Assembly (NCBI GenBank): GCA_026770705.1
Contig: JANJGN010000041.1
Span: 4,774,001 to 4,838,000 of the forward strand
From: Isurus oxyrinchus
Taxonomy: Eukaryota
DNA: 64,000 bases
Reading direction: 5' to 3'
The notes under the pieces were generated by a model, which saw only the letters and a program-made list of their open reading frames with translations, had not been told where the DNA came from and did not search any database. Shown piece after piece: positions 12,615-25,680 of the stretch. The translations under genes were made by a program, and so were the position numbers. The number at the start of each line of letters is the position of its first letter. Position 1 is the first letter of the stretch.

Positions 12615-13430
12615 AATCTCTTGCCGGCCGCAACTGATCATTGTTATTTTTTATATAGTAGGTTCAGAACAGAACCCCCTTCCTTAAACCCTGCATTGAG
12701 CTTGCCGCTGGTGACATACAAAATTTCCGGGCTGCCATCCCCTTGGACAGCTTTGAAAGTTGTGAACTGAACCCGTTTTTTATTGTCAGTGGGTAAATCA
12801 GAGATTCCGGAGACACTTTTGTTTTCCTCTGGAGTTACTGATTACTGGCGGGTACATCCTGCAGCTGCACCTACATCAGTGACATTGTCTAACACTCTGT
12901 CACAACTGTACAGCCCAATTTTCCTCCCACACCGGTCTGCCCATCGAAAGCCCCTCCCCCCTCACAACCACAACCCCCAACTTTCTGTCTCCCCTGCTCC
13001 CCACTATCAACCCCTTCTCCCAACGACCGCTCTCCCCATTGGTCCCACACTGCATTGGAGCTGTGAGAACTCGATGGGCCGAATGGCCTGCTAGACCTTA
13101 CTGTCTCAAACTTTTGTTGGAATTAATTGTATTCCAAAGGTGGGCATTGGCTGCAGTCTAATATGATTTCATGTATGTGAAAGCGAGGAAAAATGCTGGT
13201 CGTGTGTGCTCTATGCAGTTCGTGTGCACAGTGCTCAATACCATTCAGCTGAGTTGGAATACATACAGGTCGTGTTCGGAAGCTTATGAGTCTGTTAAAT
13301 ATTTGCCGGGGTACAGGGTAGACCAACGGCCATTTGCCATCCAGCCTGATTGTTTGGCACAAGGGCGTGAGGATGGGAAAATAATGAATCAAAACAGGAT
13401 AAGATCCAACAGCCCATTGCTGGTCAGTTT
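12615..13430 (+). pseudogene. Putative gamma-crystallin-like pseudogene, copy A (3' part of exon 2, intron, exon 3)
   Basis: Exon-2-like ELAAGDIQNFRAAIPLDSFESCELNP (cf. [26 protein letters not shown]), donor GTGGGT at 12789. Exon-3-like YSKGGHWL..GKML..CSS..GIHTGRV, then frameshifted KYLPGYRVDQ..IQPD..IRS. Homologous to ~21790-22400. Confidence 0.5.
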
Positions 13431-14279
13431 GGACAAGACAAAAGCTGTCCATTGCCAAACGTCCACAAAGTTAAACGTTCATTTCACTTGATAAACACTG
13501 AAGGGTGCGCTTCAGTTTGAGGTTTCAAAAGGGCCCTGAAAGGTTTTTTTTTTTATTTTTGTTCCCGGTTGGCAATTAAATTAATTTAACATTGTTGATT
13601 GAGGTTAACACGGAAACAGCTGGGCTCAGTGTCACCCAATTCCAGATTGAGCACAATATTCTTCTCGCATTACCTGTGGGCACCTTGCAAGATCTCTGGG
13701 TCTTGTGGACTGGCTGGCATACAGTCTCACCCTTCCTGGAGACTCTGCTGCAAAGGGTGAGGGAGCACAGTTTGTTATAACAGCTCACAGGACATTTGAA
13801 TGAAACAGAGGAAGAAAGATTCTCACTTCAGCAATGGTGAATGATGCCAGTTCACCCTCCTCTCGCTTTCTCCCTAAAATAGATCCTGCTTCCTACCCTC
13901 CATTTGTCCTCTAAGGGGACAGCTAGCAAGATTCCAATAACCAAGAGCTCCCCTCCCCGTGGTGAAACCTAGAAAAGTACCAGTTTGACCAAGGAGCACA
14001 GGACTCACCATTTTTAGTTGATATCTGTAGGAGGCACTGTGTTAAACTACCTGACCCACAATGTCGCCTCAGGCAAAACGAGAGTTGATGGCAAGTTTTG
14101 CTTAAGATGAATTTGGACAAGGGGTGTGCATCATCATTAACAAAACGCACTGACCGAATTTTATTAATTAGTCACTGGTGAAAGCCACTAACACTCAGGC
14201 TCGCACCCCTGCACACCATCATTCACACATGAATCGACTGCGCTACGTGTTGTAAAACATGTGAAAGAAATAAAGATAC

Positions 14280-14580
14280 AAGGAGGAAGACTGGAAAGGC
14301 TGGATGAACAGAGTGGAACACATATCAAAATATTTAAGATCATGAAAGATTTTAACATACTGGATGCAGAGCAAAGGTTTGCACTAACGACAATGCTTAT
14401 AAAAAGAGCTCTTAAATAAAAAAGAATCGTCAAGAAAACTCCCAGGGAATTCAAGAATACTTATTTCCCCAGAGAGTGGTGAGAATGTGTGAGTCACTAC
14501 CAAACGGAATGCTCTGTTGTATACATTCGCACCATTTAAGTGGAAGCTATGCAGTCACATTCCAGGGACAGAAATAGACG
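14280..14580 (+). mobile_element. CR1 LINE 3' fragment
   Basis: tttaagatcatgaaag...cagagagtggtgagaatgtg..tcactacca, typical of the CR1 ORF2 end. Confidence 0.65.
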
Positions 14581-14799
14581 GACATCCTAACTACTTATGA
14601 ATTGAATGGTCAGGCCCTTTCGGTCGGGCGTCTAACTGTTCAGGGGTCTCTGCCAAAGGGGAAGTGGTGGAGGGGAGTGAAGGCACCACTTCACCCTGCT
14701 GCTCCTCTCTCCAGCTACAGCTGGTGCTGTTTGGCCTCACCCCATTTTCCTGTTCACCAAAACGAAGAACGAGTAATCTCTGCAGCCCCCGTCCCCCAC

Positions 14800-15400
14800 T
14801 CAAGCAGGATGCCCCTGACTAGGAATTTCCGTTACCCCCGGTCCAACATAATCCATTATTTTAGAATTGCCTCTGCCTTGGGTGATGTATTTTTGAGACA
14901 GTGGCTTCATCACCGTTAGAAAAGGACTGTGTGTCACGCTAAACTACCATTCCGTTTCAAAGTTCAGCCTTGTCTACAGTGCAGCATCATCAGCGTCCAC
15001 CACCCAGCCAGTTTGAGTTCTACCAAACTACCTGATCTCTCCCCACCAGGAAATTGCTCCCAGTTCTGTGCGAAGCAATCAATTCGGTTTGGATGGTGCC
15101 TCCTGCCCAGGCCTTCTTCAACACATTTATCGTACGACCAATAACTCCTCATGTGACTGGTTTGATTTTATTCATTCATGGGTTGGAAAGCTCGCTGGCT
15201 GTGGGAAATGTATTGCCCATCCCAAGTTGCCACGGTGAATGTGGTGATGAGCTGCCTTTTGAACGGTTGCGGTATCTGTGCTATACCTACACCAACAGGG
15301 CTGTTAGGATGTGGTGCAGGGTGGTGTTGGTCGTACCAAAGGATACTACCCCAGCGACAGTTAGGTAACACTGATGTATTTCCAAAATGGATGGACGTGT
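14800..15400 (+). mobile_element. Possible Tx1/L1-like ORF2 3' remnant
   Basis: LAVGNVLPIPSCHGECGDELPFERLRYLCYTY..VRMW resembles the C-terminal Cys/His region; very degenerate. Confidence 0.35.
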
Positions 15401-15419
15401 CTTGGGGAGGGGATTGAAG

Positions 15420-16442
15420 ATTGTCTTCCTCCCATCTATCTCCTAACCTTCTCCATCAAGGGGCAATGGCCGTGAGCTGGAAGGTGCAGTCGAAGGAGTC
15501 TTGTTGTTTCTTTGCAGTGCATCTTACAGACAGTACGCAGGAGGAGGGAGTGAATGATTAGTTTGGTATCATAATCAAGTGGGCTGCTTTTCCTGGATGG
15601 TGATGAAATTCTGTAGTGTTTTGGAGCTGCGTTCATCCTTAAAAGTGGAGACTATTCTGTCAAACTCCCGACTTGTGCCTGATAGGCAGTGGACAGCCTT
15701 TGGGGAGTAAGGAAGTGTGCAACTCCCCTGGCAATTCTTGGCAGCTGAACTGCTTTTTTAGCCACGTTACCTAGGTGACTAGTCTAGATCAGTTTCTGGT
15801 CAATGGCGCCCGCCTGAAAGAAGATAGTGGGGGGATTCAGTGATGGTGATGCCATTGATTGCCGAGGGGAATGGTTAGATTGTCTCTTGCTGGAGATGGT
15901 CATTGTCTGGCACTTTTCTGGCTTGATTGTTACTTGCAACTCTTCAGCAACGTGCTGGATATTTTCCAGGGCCTGTATTTATTTTTCCTGACACGTTGTT
16001 TCTCAGTACCAACCATCCCACCCTCACCCCATGCCCACCACCAGCCTCCTCGGAGGATGAGATGAGCTATGTTATTCACAATCAGTTCGGCAGGAACTTA
16101 ATACCCTGCATGGCCGGAGGGGCCACAACATCCTGACCAGGTCATGCTGCATTTGAACCTGGGCTGCTTCATTTTCTGAGGAATCGCGAATGCTCCTGAA
16201 CATTGTGCAAACGTCAGTGAACATCCCCACTTCCGACCATATGATAGATGGACACACATTCAAGAGGCAACTGACGCCGTTTGGCACTTGGGAATTACCC
16301 TGAGGAAATCCTAAAGTGTGTTGTCTTCCTTTGCCCCTAAGGCGAGCTACCAACTGTCAACAATTTTATTCCGGCTCATTGAGGCCACCCACGGTCAAAT
16401 GCTGCCTTTCTGTCAATGGCTGTCACTCTCCTCTCGCCTCTG
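15420..16442 (-). mobile_element. CR1-group LINE RT and 3' region
   Basis: Minus strand KAAFDRG (~16390-16410) and SEVGMFTDVCTMFRSIRDSSENEA (F/YADD block). Confidence 0.8.
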
Positions 16443-18769
16443 CAAATATCACTTTTCTTCAGTTTTTTCCATACTTTGTTTTATAATGATTAACCAAAAC
16501 ACCTCGAAAGGTTATGACTTGTGGCTGTTTTTGAAGTGCACACGAGGCCTGAAGAGATCATGGAGAGATAAAGAATGTTCGTGGCTCGTACCTTGCGTTG
16601 CTGGTAACGGTGAAACCCCTGAATGTCATCTCTATGGAGCGTGCAATGACGCAGATATTCTCTGGAGCTCACCTAAGGGAAAAGGCCAGAAGTTGTAACA
16701 TATCCAAGTCAAATCTCCACCAAAAACTTTGCATCAAGATGTATAGCTGAATGCTCAGCACTTATGTACAATCATAATTTGTTTTATTGCGGCTGGTTCC
16801 TATCATGTTGAGTGGCTGCTCAGTAGAACAGAACTTTAAACTATCTCTCTGCCAACATCTCTGCTTGTCGCACTCCCCTTCCATCCTGCACTCAGACAAC
16901 ATTAGCTCTTCTCCCCCATGTCACACCACCTTATCGTCAATCAGTCACCCCATTACAACTCGTGACCCAAAACTCCAACGGCACACTAGCCCCTGGTAAC
17001 ACTTCCCTTCAAATCATCAACACTAATTTCCCCATTCCCAATGATGTCTCATCGCACGCAATTTTCCTCCTTCAATCCTGCTACTGTTGTATCCACACCG
17101 CTATTCCAAGGCTGCCTGCCATCATGCCTGGATATCCCTATCAACCCATATCTTCATTCGTGACAAATGTTACCTCAATAGCCTCCGCTTCCCCATGAAC
17201 ATTAGCTCCTCCCTCACCTCTCACTCCTCCAACATCCCTGCTTACCCCATAACCTCCGATTTCCACTCTCAAACCGTCTTTTCTTCTCCAATAACTTTAA
17301 TTTAATTGTCCTGGCCTTCCAGCATATCAACAACACTTGATCAATAAGGTGGAATGATTCCAAAATGTTCAGAAAATCCTTAGGCAACTTGTACGTTTTG
17401 TACTGTACATTTCTCTTTCGCTCAGCTAACATAGTGATGATTGTGTCACTTTTGCAGATAGTGTGGTCTCTCCAAATGTGACACTCGGCAAATGCTGACT
17501 ATGGCAGTAGCAAAAATGATTTCCTCAGCCTGATATTTCGACTCTTTCTGATAGTTTTAGAAAAAGAGTTTCGTTTCTTCAACTCCACCCCTGTGCGTAA
17601 TGCCAACACTATCAGAAACTGACTGTTCTCAATGGTTCACAGTCACTCACACCATTGAAATCTCTGTAGCCATTTTTTAGCAAAATCTGAAGTGTAAATA
17701 TGATGTTGGAGGAACAGCGGCTGAGCTTCGGGTAATAGTGACCTTTGTGGGGTGTTTAAGGAAAATTTTCCGATATTTATTGTAAGCAAATGAGTATTGG
17801 CTAACGATAAACACCCGTTCTGTTATGTGACAATAAATGACCTGCATTCTCAGTCCTGGAGAAAAATCGAGTTCCTTGATCACATTCTAACGCCGGAGAG
17901 GCTATTTGCCCCGCTTCTGCTGTTGAATGGTTTCACTGTCAGGCACAGGTTAATGACCAGCAGAAACTGCAGGACACTCTGGGTAATCAGAAACATGGAA
18001 GATCGAAGGGAACCCAACAATTTGCTTTTGTCCTCTCAACCAATTGCATCAAGTTATGGTCAGCGTTTACGGTTTAGTCATTGTGGTGGCAGATGTTGGA
18101 TATGTTGTCCAGTTTTATGCATCCAGAAACCTTACACAATTATTTGATTCATTCTGCAGCACCTGAGATGATCCAAAATCATTTGTGTTTATAGTATGAC
18201 GCAGAATATGTTGCGATTGCATTTGGAGAACGTGCTCGGATATTAAAATAACTGAAACACTGTTCGTGTGCAGCATTGTCCACTGCTCCTTCAGGTTTTC
18301 AGCGTCTGGAGGGGCTTGCCAGAAAGGCAAATGAGGAATCTTGGGGCTGGTCGCAAATGCTAACATTGTCTGTTGAACAATTGACTTTTACAACATGAAG
18401 GTTCCTCGCTCTGATTAGTAATCATAGTACCAAGAATAACAGAACTCACATTGGGCAATCCACTGGTCCACGTTTCTTTTCTTTCACACCAATTCTACAA
18501 GGCTCCCTCCCAGCAGCATCACCCACATAACCCAGCACCCCCACCCACCACCCCCTAACCTTCATTTGGCCAGCCCATTTGTCCATCATACCGCATTCCA
18601 CAATTTTCAATTGCAGATGTTGCACCTATTTTGGGGATTGATGAGGTGAGTTAGAAAGTGTTGCCAGACCCCGGCCTGTTATTTTTTAGCAAAAATATCA
18701 ATCGCTTTACTGATGAACATGAAAAATATATGTCACAATGATTTTGCCAAAAGGGACTTTGTCTTTGTT

Positions 18770-19400
18770 AAAAGTCTCCATGAGCCTCCATGCATCTTGA
18801 CTCATCCATGTCCACCATTGTTACCCTCCATGTCACTCTCTCTCAGCTGCTTTCCTGGTTTGGCCTTGAAGAGTTTCATTATGTTTACCTGAACCATCCT
18901 ATCTCGTAGCGAGTTCCACATTCTCACCAATCTCTGGACATGAGGTCTCTCCTGAATTCCCGATTGGATAATTTGCTGATTTTCATATATTCATGACCAT
19001 ATAGTTGCGTCCCTCCCCATAAGAGGAAACATTCTCTCTGTATCCAATCACTCAAAAAGCCTGCATTTTAAACACCTCTATTGTGCGATCCCAGAGACGT
19101 GTTTGCACTTTTCCAGAGAGAAGAGTCACAGCCTGAAAAGTCCTCCTGATATGTATACCCGTACATTCCTGCATCATCCTTATCAATCCTACCTGCACTA
19201 GTGCCTCCATATGGCTTTCATAACCATGCATGTTGACCATGAGTGTAATTGCCTAACTTTGGTCAACCAATGTTTTAATCGGGTTCAGCATATCCTACTG
19301 ACTTTTCAAATCTATCCGCTAAGGCATGAAGCCAAGTGTGTGGTTCGGATTTTTTTAACGCCCTGTTAACATATCGGTAAACGTTCAATGATGGAGTTAT
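18770..19400 (-). mobile_element. CR1 LINE 3' fragment
   Basis: Minus strand IEVFKM..; gagttccacattctcacc is the reverse of the CR1 VVRMWNSL motif. Confidence 0.65.
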
Positions 19401-20919
19401 TTTTAATCTCAAATCGCGAAGTACCTCCTCCCCTTCGAGAGGAAAGAGGAAAGAAGAAGAGATTCGTTTTCTTCTGCAACTGGGATCAGTTCTGTAAAGC
19501 AGGCACATTTAATGCTACATGGGTTGAACTGGGGGCCACTATCATCGGTAGTGATAGGTGTTTTGGCGGTGACGGTGCGGCATGGGAATAGGGACACATG
19601 TACAAGCTAATTCGCTTTGCTGTGAGGCGGGCTTCATGACCGTCTGCTGTAGCCAATGTGAAAGCTTGAACTTAAGCGCCAGCTGAGAACTCATTTAGAC
19701 TCAGGCGCCATCTTGGTAATAGGTTTTTTTCCAGATCCTCAAAATGACATCATCTAAAAATAGCGAGTGTTTGTGCGGCTGGGCGATATTGGACGCTTTG
19801 TAGAATTTTAATAGAGTATATTAGTGGAGGCTGGGTAAATCAACCTTAACTAAAATGCTATTAATTGTTGTTTATTTAAAGTTCCTGATCTGAAGTGATG
19901 GGTTTGTATTTGGAAATTGTTTTAATGTTTATGGGAGAAAATAAGGGTGATGGTGTTCAGCGTACATCAGACAGCTGTTAGTTGAACGGATGGACATGCT
20001 CGAAGTGCGAAATAGATACGACTTGTTCCAATCCATATCGATAATAGGTAGCTCCTGTGAAATATGTTCACCTCCATTATGCTCAGTTCCAATAAAGAAG
20101 ATGTGTGCTCCAGTTATCTCATTGTGTCTCTGAGGTGCTCAAGAGAGTATTTGGAAATCTTTGTTTTTGGTACATGGATTTCTGGTGCTCTATCAGCTCA
20201 GATGCTGTTTATTAGAACAGAGCAAGTATTATGTATTTACTAATAACATGCACGCAATGAAGATTGTCTCCACTTTCAGCATGCTAAAGACGGAGTCACC
20301 CAAGCTAGGTACTTGTTAATCAACAGAGAGAACGATCTGTGTAATGATTGAACTGGTGAAAGTTTAAAATAATTGTTAATGACTTATAAGTTAAGAGCCA
20401 ATCTGCAGAGAATAGGGTCTTTTAGCCCATTGAGCACCTCCTGGATCTTTGAAATTGCTGCTGAATACTCCCCACTCGATCTCTCCACATTCTCCATTGC
20501 TCTGCCATCGCTCTTTTTTTAGTTGAATTACCTCCACAACGCCTCATTTGTGATTCAACATTGCACCTTCCTCCATTACCCTTTCAGGAATCACCTTACA
20601 GGTCACATGGACAGATTGTGTATAGATAATTTTTCCGCAGCTCCCATCGGGTTATCTGCCATTTACCTTCAATCTGTTTCACCCGATGTTCCAAAATCCC
20701 ACACTGATTGCCACTATTGAAAGAAATGTCGATTTCTCCCTTGGGGCAGATATTGGTCATTTGACCAGCATCAGCAAAACAGATTTCCTGATTATTAATT
20801 TTGTTGCTTGAAGGATTAACGACAGTAAGTCATTGTATCTTCAGAGCTCAGGGGCAGCCCAAGGACTGGAATGGTCCAAAGGAATTTACGCAGTTCACAT
20901 GCTAATTTTCTGAATTTTG

Positions 20920-21230
20920 CGTCATCTCTGTCTCTCTTTCTATTTCTCACTCTCTTTCTGTCGCTATCCTTTGCTTTCCCTATGCCCTTCTAGCTCAGCC
21001 TCTCTGCCTTTCTGCTCCTCTCTCTCTCACATTCTCGATCTGCATCTTCCTCGCTGCGCTCTCTCCCTCCCCCTTCACTCACTCTCTATTTCTCTTTCAT
21101 TCGATGATTCTATTTTGCTCTGTCTCGCTCCTTGTATGTTCCGCCGTTTATTTTTTCTTTCTCGTTGCTCCATCTTATTCTCCAGCTTCCTTTCACGCTG
21201 TATCTCAGTGTCTCTCTGTCCCTTTATTAT
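20920..21230. repeat. Degenerate (CT)n low-complexity tract
   Basis: Pyrimidine-rich tctctc/ctct run seen directly. Confidence 0.85.
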
Positions 21231-21360
21231 CACGTGGACCGGATAGGTAAATATTTCTAATTTTAACAGGTTTTGTGTTTGTTAAATATTTGCCTCCAAA
21301 CGGGACTGAGCTGTCACAAGTAGCTATCCTCCCTGGCACCGTTCAATATGGTCCGGGGAA

Positions 21361-21410
21361 TGAGCTGCCCCTGAGTATAAAGGAGCAGCTCACTCACACT
21401 CTGAGGGGGC
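21361..21410 (+). promoter_or_regulatory. TATA-box core promoter candidate (relic of crystallin-like copy B)
   Basis: TATAAA at 21376-21381, flanked by the inverted repeat TGAGCTGC (21361-21368) / GCAGCTCA (21385-21392); an ATG lies ~60 nt downstream. Confidence 0.4.
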
Positions 21411-22395
21411 AAAGCACAAACTACCAGTGCTGACTATCATGTTCAATCATTTTAATTATTCAATTACATATGGACGTTCTCTGAGTCGAATAATTATAAG
21501 CAGATGAATATACGAACTCAAAAATGTGATAATTTTAACGAGGCTATGAACGCTTTTTTCATTCAGGGGTCAGGAGTGACGCTGCATCTGCCATCAGATT
21601 TTATTGTCCAACACTATTTACCATTGAGAGTCTGTTGGTCAGCCTCCGTCCTGACCACTGCAATCCATATTATTTGCGTACAACGAACGTGCTGATCAGG
21701 AATTTGTATTCAAGGACCTGAAAATTGTCCCTGGTGTTCAGCATCAGAAACTGTTTTATTCATCGGGTCCCATTCTCTTTAACTAGGCCCAGTGAGTTAT
21801 TCACAATTTTATGACTTCACGCAGAGATGCAGCCTCCTCAACCCCTCTATGTACACATGTCGCTATGTACACTTCCCTCCACCAGCACAGCGCCCCCATA
21901 TACCCCAATTTTCTTACGCACACTGGTGCCTCATGTCCTACCGACACTGTTCCCCATTTCCTTTCCAAACTGCACCTCTTTTCATTTCCTCTTCCCAGAC
22001 CCTCGACCGAAATGATCTCTCACTGCTTCAGGTTGCATGGGCTAGGTGGACCGAATGGCCTGTTGTGACGAAATCACTACGAATATCCCTATTACAATGT
22101 ACTCCAGTGGTGGGCATTGGCTGGAGACTAAAGTCAACTGATTTTTAAAGGAGAGGGTAAGATGTTGAAGTTGTCCAAAATGCACTGTGTCTACAATTCT
22201 TTGCATGTTGACCAGCTGAGCTTTGGTTACCATGGATATTTGGAGCACTTTGCCAATTTGTTAAAAATTTGCTTGTAACACGGATCTGACCAGTTTAGGC
22301 AGTTGCCATCCTGTCTGACTGTATTGAACAAGTTGTGAAGATCTGGAATTAATGACAAACCCCAGGATGATATCTAGCTGCTCACTGCCAGTGTG
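21376..22395 (+). pseudogene. Putative gamma-crystallin-like pseudogene, copy B (promoter, exons 1-3)
   Basis: Layout: TATA, short ATG exon, ~90-nt intron, ~260-nt exon starting ataattttaacgaggctatgaac (cf. IIFYEDRN) and containing cctgaccactgcaatccat (cf. LSRCNSI, ~21650-21668). Donor GTGAGT at 21792, then YSSGGHWL..EGKML from ~22100. Confidence 0.5.
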
Positions 22396-22419
22396 TGTTG
22401 TCAATACACAGACCACCCA

Positions 22420-23129
22420 CTCTTGAGTCTCCTAATTTTGCTCGTCGCAATCGAGACACACGGCGGGCTGGTGCTATGCTAACTTTGACCAATGGACGAC
22501 AGGCGGCTCAGGTACAAGTCACGATCATTTATTCGAGCAATTGCAAGGACAGAAGCATCTCAAGGCATCATTGAATAACATACAGTCAAACTGCAATCAT
22601 GCAGCGTATTTTATACATTGCTGATGCCGTACAAGAACAATATTGAAATCCCCTTCTTGTCAGAATATGTGTTATGTCATACATGCTCTTTAACACCGGC
22701 AGACAACTCATCCCTAACCTGGCTGGGACCAACTTTCATTTCCTTTTTGGTTGAAATGATCACTTCATCTATGTTATTGTCATCTTCTGCCTCCAATCAG
22801 AATCCCAAGACCTGACTGCTTTTTGCAGGCTCTAAGGCTTTGCAATGTTCATCTGCTAACTTTAACTGTTAATGTGCTAGATAGCACCGGCTGCATGAAG
22901 TATTTAAATAATGATTCAATTTCAGCACATTCTTCCTGTATGACCACTAAGAATGACCAATTTTGGCCCTTTGCCTAGCCCGGATTCGCCAAATACAGGT
23001 GTACAGTCCGTTCCTTGTTGTACCAACAGACATTGATACTGGCCAGTTATACAGCTTTGCATTTAAAACTGCCATGGTCAGCTCGGCTGTATCATCTTGT
23101 CCTTCATTTGAGGCCTCAGAATTGTTAGA
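22420..23129 (-). mobile_element. Putative 3' LTR of an env-bearing endogenous retroelement
   Basis: On the minus strand it follows the polypurine tract AAAAGGGGGAGAAGAAG (23146-23130) and contains TATAAAA (22615-22609) then AATAAA (22533-22528). Distal boundary uncertain. Confidence 0.55.
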
Positions 23130-23149
23130 CTTCTTCTCCCCCTTTTACA

Positions 23150-24250
23150 TGCCTCCAGCTCCTCTTCTGTGACGCTCAGTCATGATGAATCAGGTAGGTG
23201 AAACATATAACAGTTATCAGCTGGATCAGAACCAGGGCATGGGAAATAATCCGAATCCACGGTTGCATTTGTACATTGGAGCCTCAATTCCACCGTCACC
23301 GTGAGGAGGAATCGACGTGCCATACCAGGTTATCGTTATGGCTTTCCATGACCTGGGTATTAATCCTTCCTCTCTTGTATGTTTAGAGCAGTTGTACATT
23401 TCCCAGGCTTGCTGGCACCTGCGGGTATAGGGACAACAATTGATTATGGATGGATCACATCGAGTTGCCCCAATGCTGGATCGTTTGCTGCCAAGCAGTG
23501 ACAAAATATCTCCTAATCCCCATGTAAGCAACATGGGTCGGTTTTTTTGCAGCACATGCAGTTTTCATTATACAACTTGCTGCTGCTTTAGATCCACACT
23601 TCGTTTCTTCCATCTCTGATATTGGGTGTGTGCATACAAATGCTTGGTCTCGAAACCGTACCCTTCTAATATTGTGCAAACTACATTCCATTGTATGTCA
23701 ACTGCTTATGGCAGAATGCCATGTTGCCTAACATAATAGTTTCCCCGCATCACCCCAACATTTTCGGCTCAATAAAATGTTCTGCTGGGTGTTGACGTAG
23801 GTATAACAGGTATCACTAAGTAAATGCCAATTAGCATGTTACAATTCACAATGCATTCAACATTCTTTCTACATACACGTGTTAAACCTCTGAGCTGGCA
23901 CGCAGCCAAGTCATGATTTTTATGTCGTGGACGGTGAAAAAAAAGTTCATTGGTTGCCCATGAAGCAACTGCATCTTTATTAATATCTTAAATTCACTCG
24001 GGCTTGTTCCAGTGTAAAGGGTCCATTGGTCCTGCAGACATAACTGCTGTTTGCGTAACCTGAAATATGTTTTGCTATACTGTTAAATTTATTGATAGAC
24101 TGCGCATGACCTTCGAGCACGTTCGCCATGTTATGAATTAACTGTTTCATGTCATGGCCTGTATTAAATTGGATGTCGTGAAATCCATGTCCCCGCTTAA
24201 AATTTCCTTAAACTGGGAGATCAAGGATTGGACAATTTTGTCAACAGTTT
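23150..24250 (-). pseudogene. Decayed viral envelope / class I fusion glycoprotein gene fragment
   Basis: Joined frames give: heptad-like DMKQLIHNMANVLEGHAQSINKF; CQLRGL..GIYLVIPVIP..FY*AENVGVMRGNYY; Cys-rich FVCTHP..KCGSKAAASCIM..THVAYMG.RRYFVT; TM segment PWIRIISHALVLIQLITVICFTYLI; then PPT and LTR. Confidence 0.65.
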
Positions 24251-24259
24251 ACAGGTCAG

Positions 24260-25680
24260 TGGACTTAACACAGAAGCTTCCCCACTGAAGCATTCTGAAG
24301 TGTCTCTCCATTTGAACAATAAGGCGATATTTTTCTTCCAACCAAAATACATAACCTCACAATTCTCCATGTTAAACAACATCTGGCAAATGTTGTCCCA
24401 TTCACCTTACTTGTCCATATCCATTTGTAAATATCTTATATCTTCATTACAACTTATTTTCCCACCTATTTTGGAATTATCTGTAATTTCAGCTATTGTA
24501 CATTCTATCCCACAACCAAAGTCATTCATAACGATTATATGTAGTTGGGCCCTAGGACCGAACCCATTAGAAACCCAATAATTACAGCTGGCCATCGGGG
24601 AAAAAAGAACCATTTACCCAGACTCCTTTCTTTCTGTTGGTTAGCCAATTCTCTCTCCAATCTAATATAATACCCCTGACTCCATGTGATGTACCTTGTG
24701 AATTAATCTTTTGTGCAGCTTCTTTTCAAAGGCCTTCTGCAGTGCAGAAATACAACATCCACAGTATCTCCATTATCCACTTTATTTGTCACATGTTCCA
24801 TAAACACTAGCAAATTACCGAAACACGAGTTATTTTCATAAAAAAATGCTGACTCTGTTGGATTTTATTTCGACGTTCCAAATGCCCCGTTAGTAATTCA
24901 TTAATAACGGTTTCCAACAATTTCTAAACGATAGATATTAAACTGGTTTAGAGTTTCCTAATTTCTGCCTCCACCAACCCTTCTGAATAAAGTCATTATA
25001 TTAATGTTGTTCCAATCCACTGTATCCTTTTTGGAATCCAGGGAATTTTGGAACGTAATAACCAACGCATTCACTATTTCTGCTGCCACATCCTTTACAA
25101 ACATGGGATTTAGGTCAACAGGTCCTGGGGACTTGTCACCCTTTAATCCAAAATGTTTGCTCAGTACGTTTTCTCTAGTTATGGTTATTGTTCTAGGTTC
25201 CTCCATCTCTATACCCTCTGCTCTGCCTGTTACGACTGGTGTGACAGTAGTTTCCTCCGCCGTGAAAATTGAGGCAATATATTGAGACTAAGCATATAGT
25301 GCCATTTCTATGTTCCCCACTGTTAACTCTCCAGTCCTACCATCCAAGTGACCAACATTTGCGTTTGCTACACTATTTATTTTTATATACTTTTGGAAGA
25401 ATTTGATATCACTTTTTTAATTTTGCGCTAGTTTACTTTCATAATTTTCCTTTGTTATTTTTATTAACTCTTTGTTCGTCTTTATAATGTTCCAAATCTT
25501 CCTGCTTGTCACTGACCTTTTCCATTTGGGATGCCTTAATTTTGGATTTTGTGTTGCCTTTAACCTCCTTGCTTAGCCCTGAAGATTTTTTCCCGCTCTT
25601 ACCATTATTCTTCCTCATTGGAACGATTGTTCTCTTTATTTTTGCGATTTGGCCAAGGCATTTTTGATAAGGTATTTGCA
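24260..25680 (-). mobile_element. CR1 LINE ORF2 (RT) fragment truncating the env gene
   Basis: GLKGDKSPGPVDLNPMFVKDVAAEIVNALVITFQNSLD and MNDFGCGIECTIAEITDNSKIGG (FADDTK block). Confidence 0.9.

Noticed and set aside
13670-14030. Two possible small minus-strand exons (…cag|ATATCAACTAAAAATG|gtgagt and a ~75-nt exon)
   Set aside because: Joining them gives an early stop and no recognisable product.
16920-17300. C-rich stretch resembling PLE RT (SLSTHI..LNSLRF)
   Set aside because: Too degenerate to support without a profile search.
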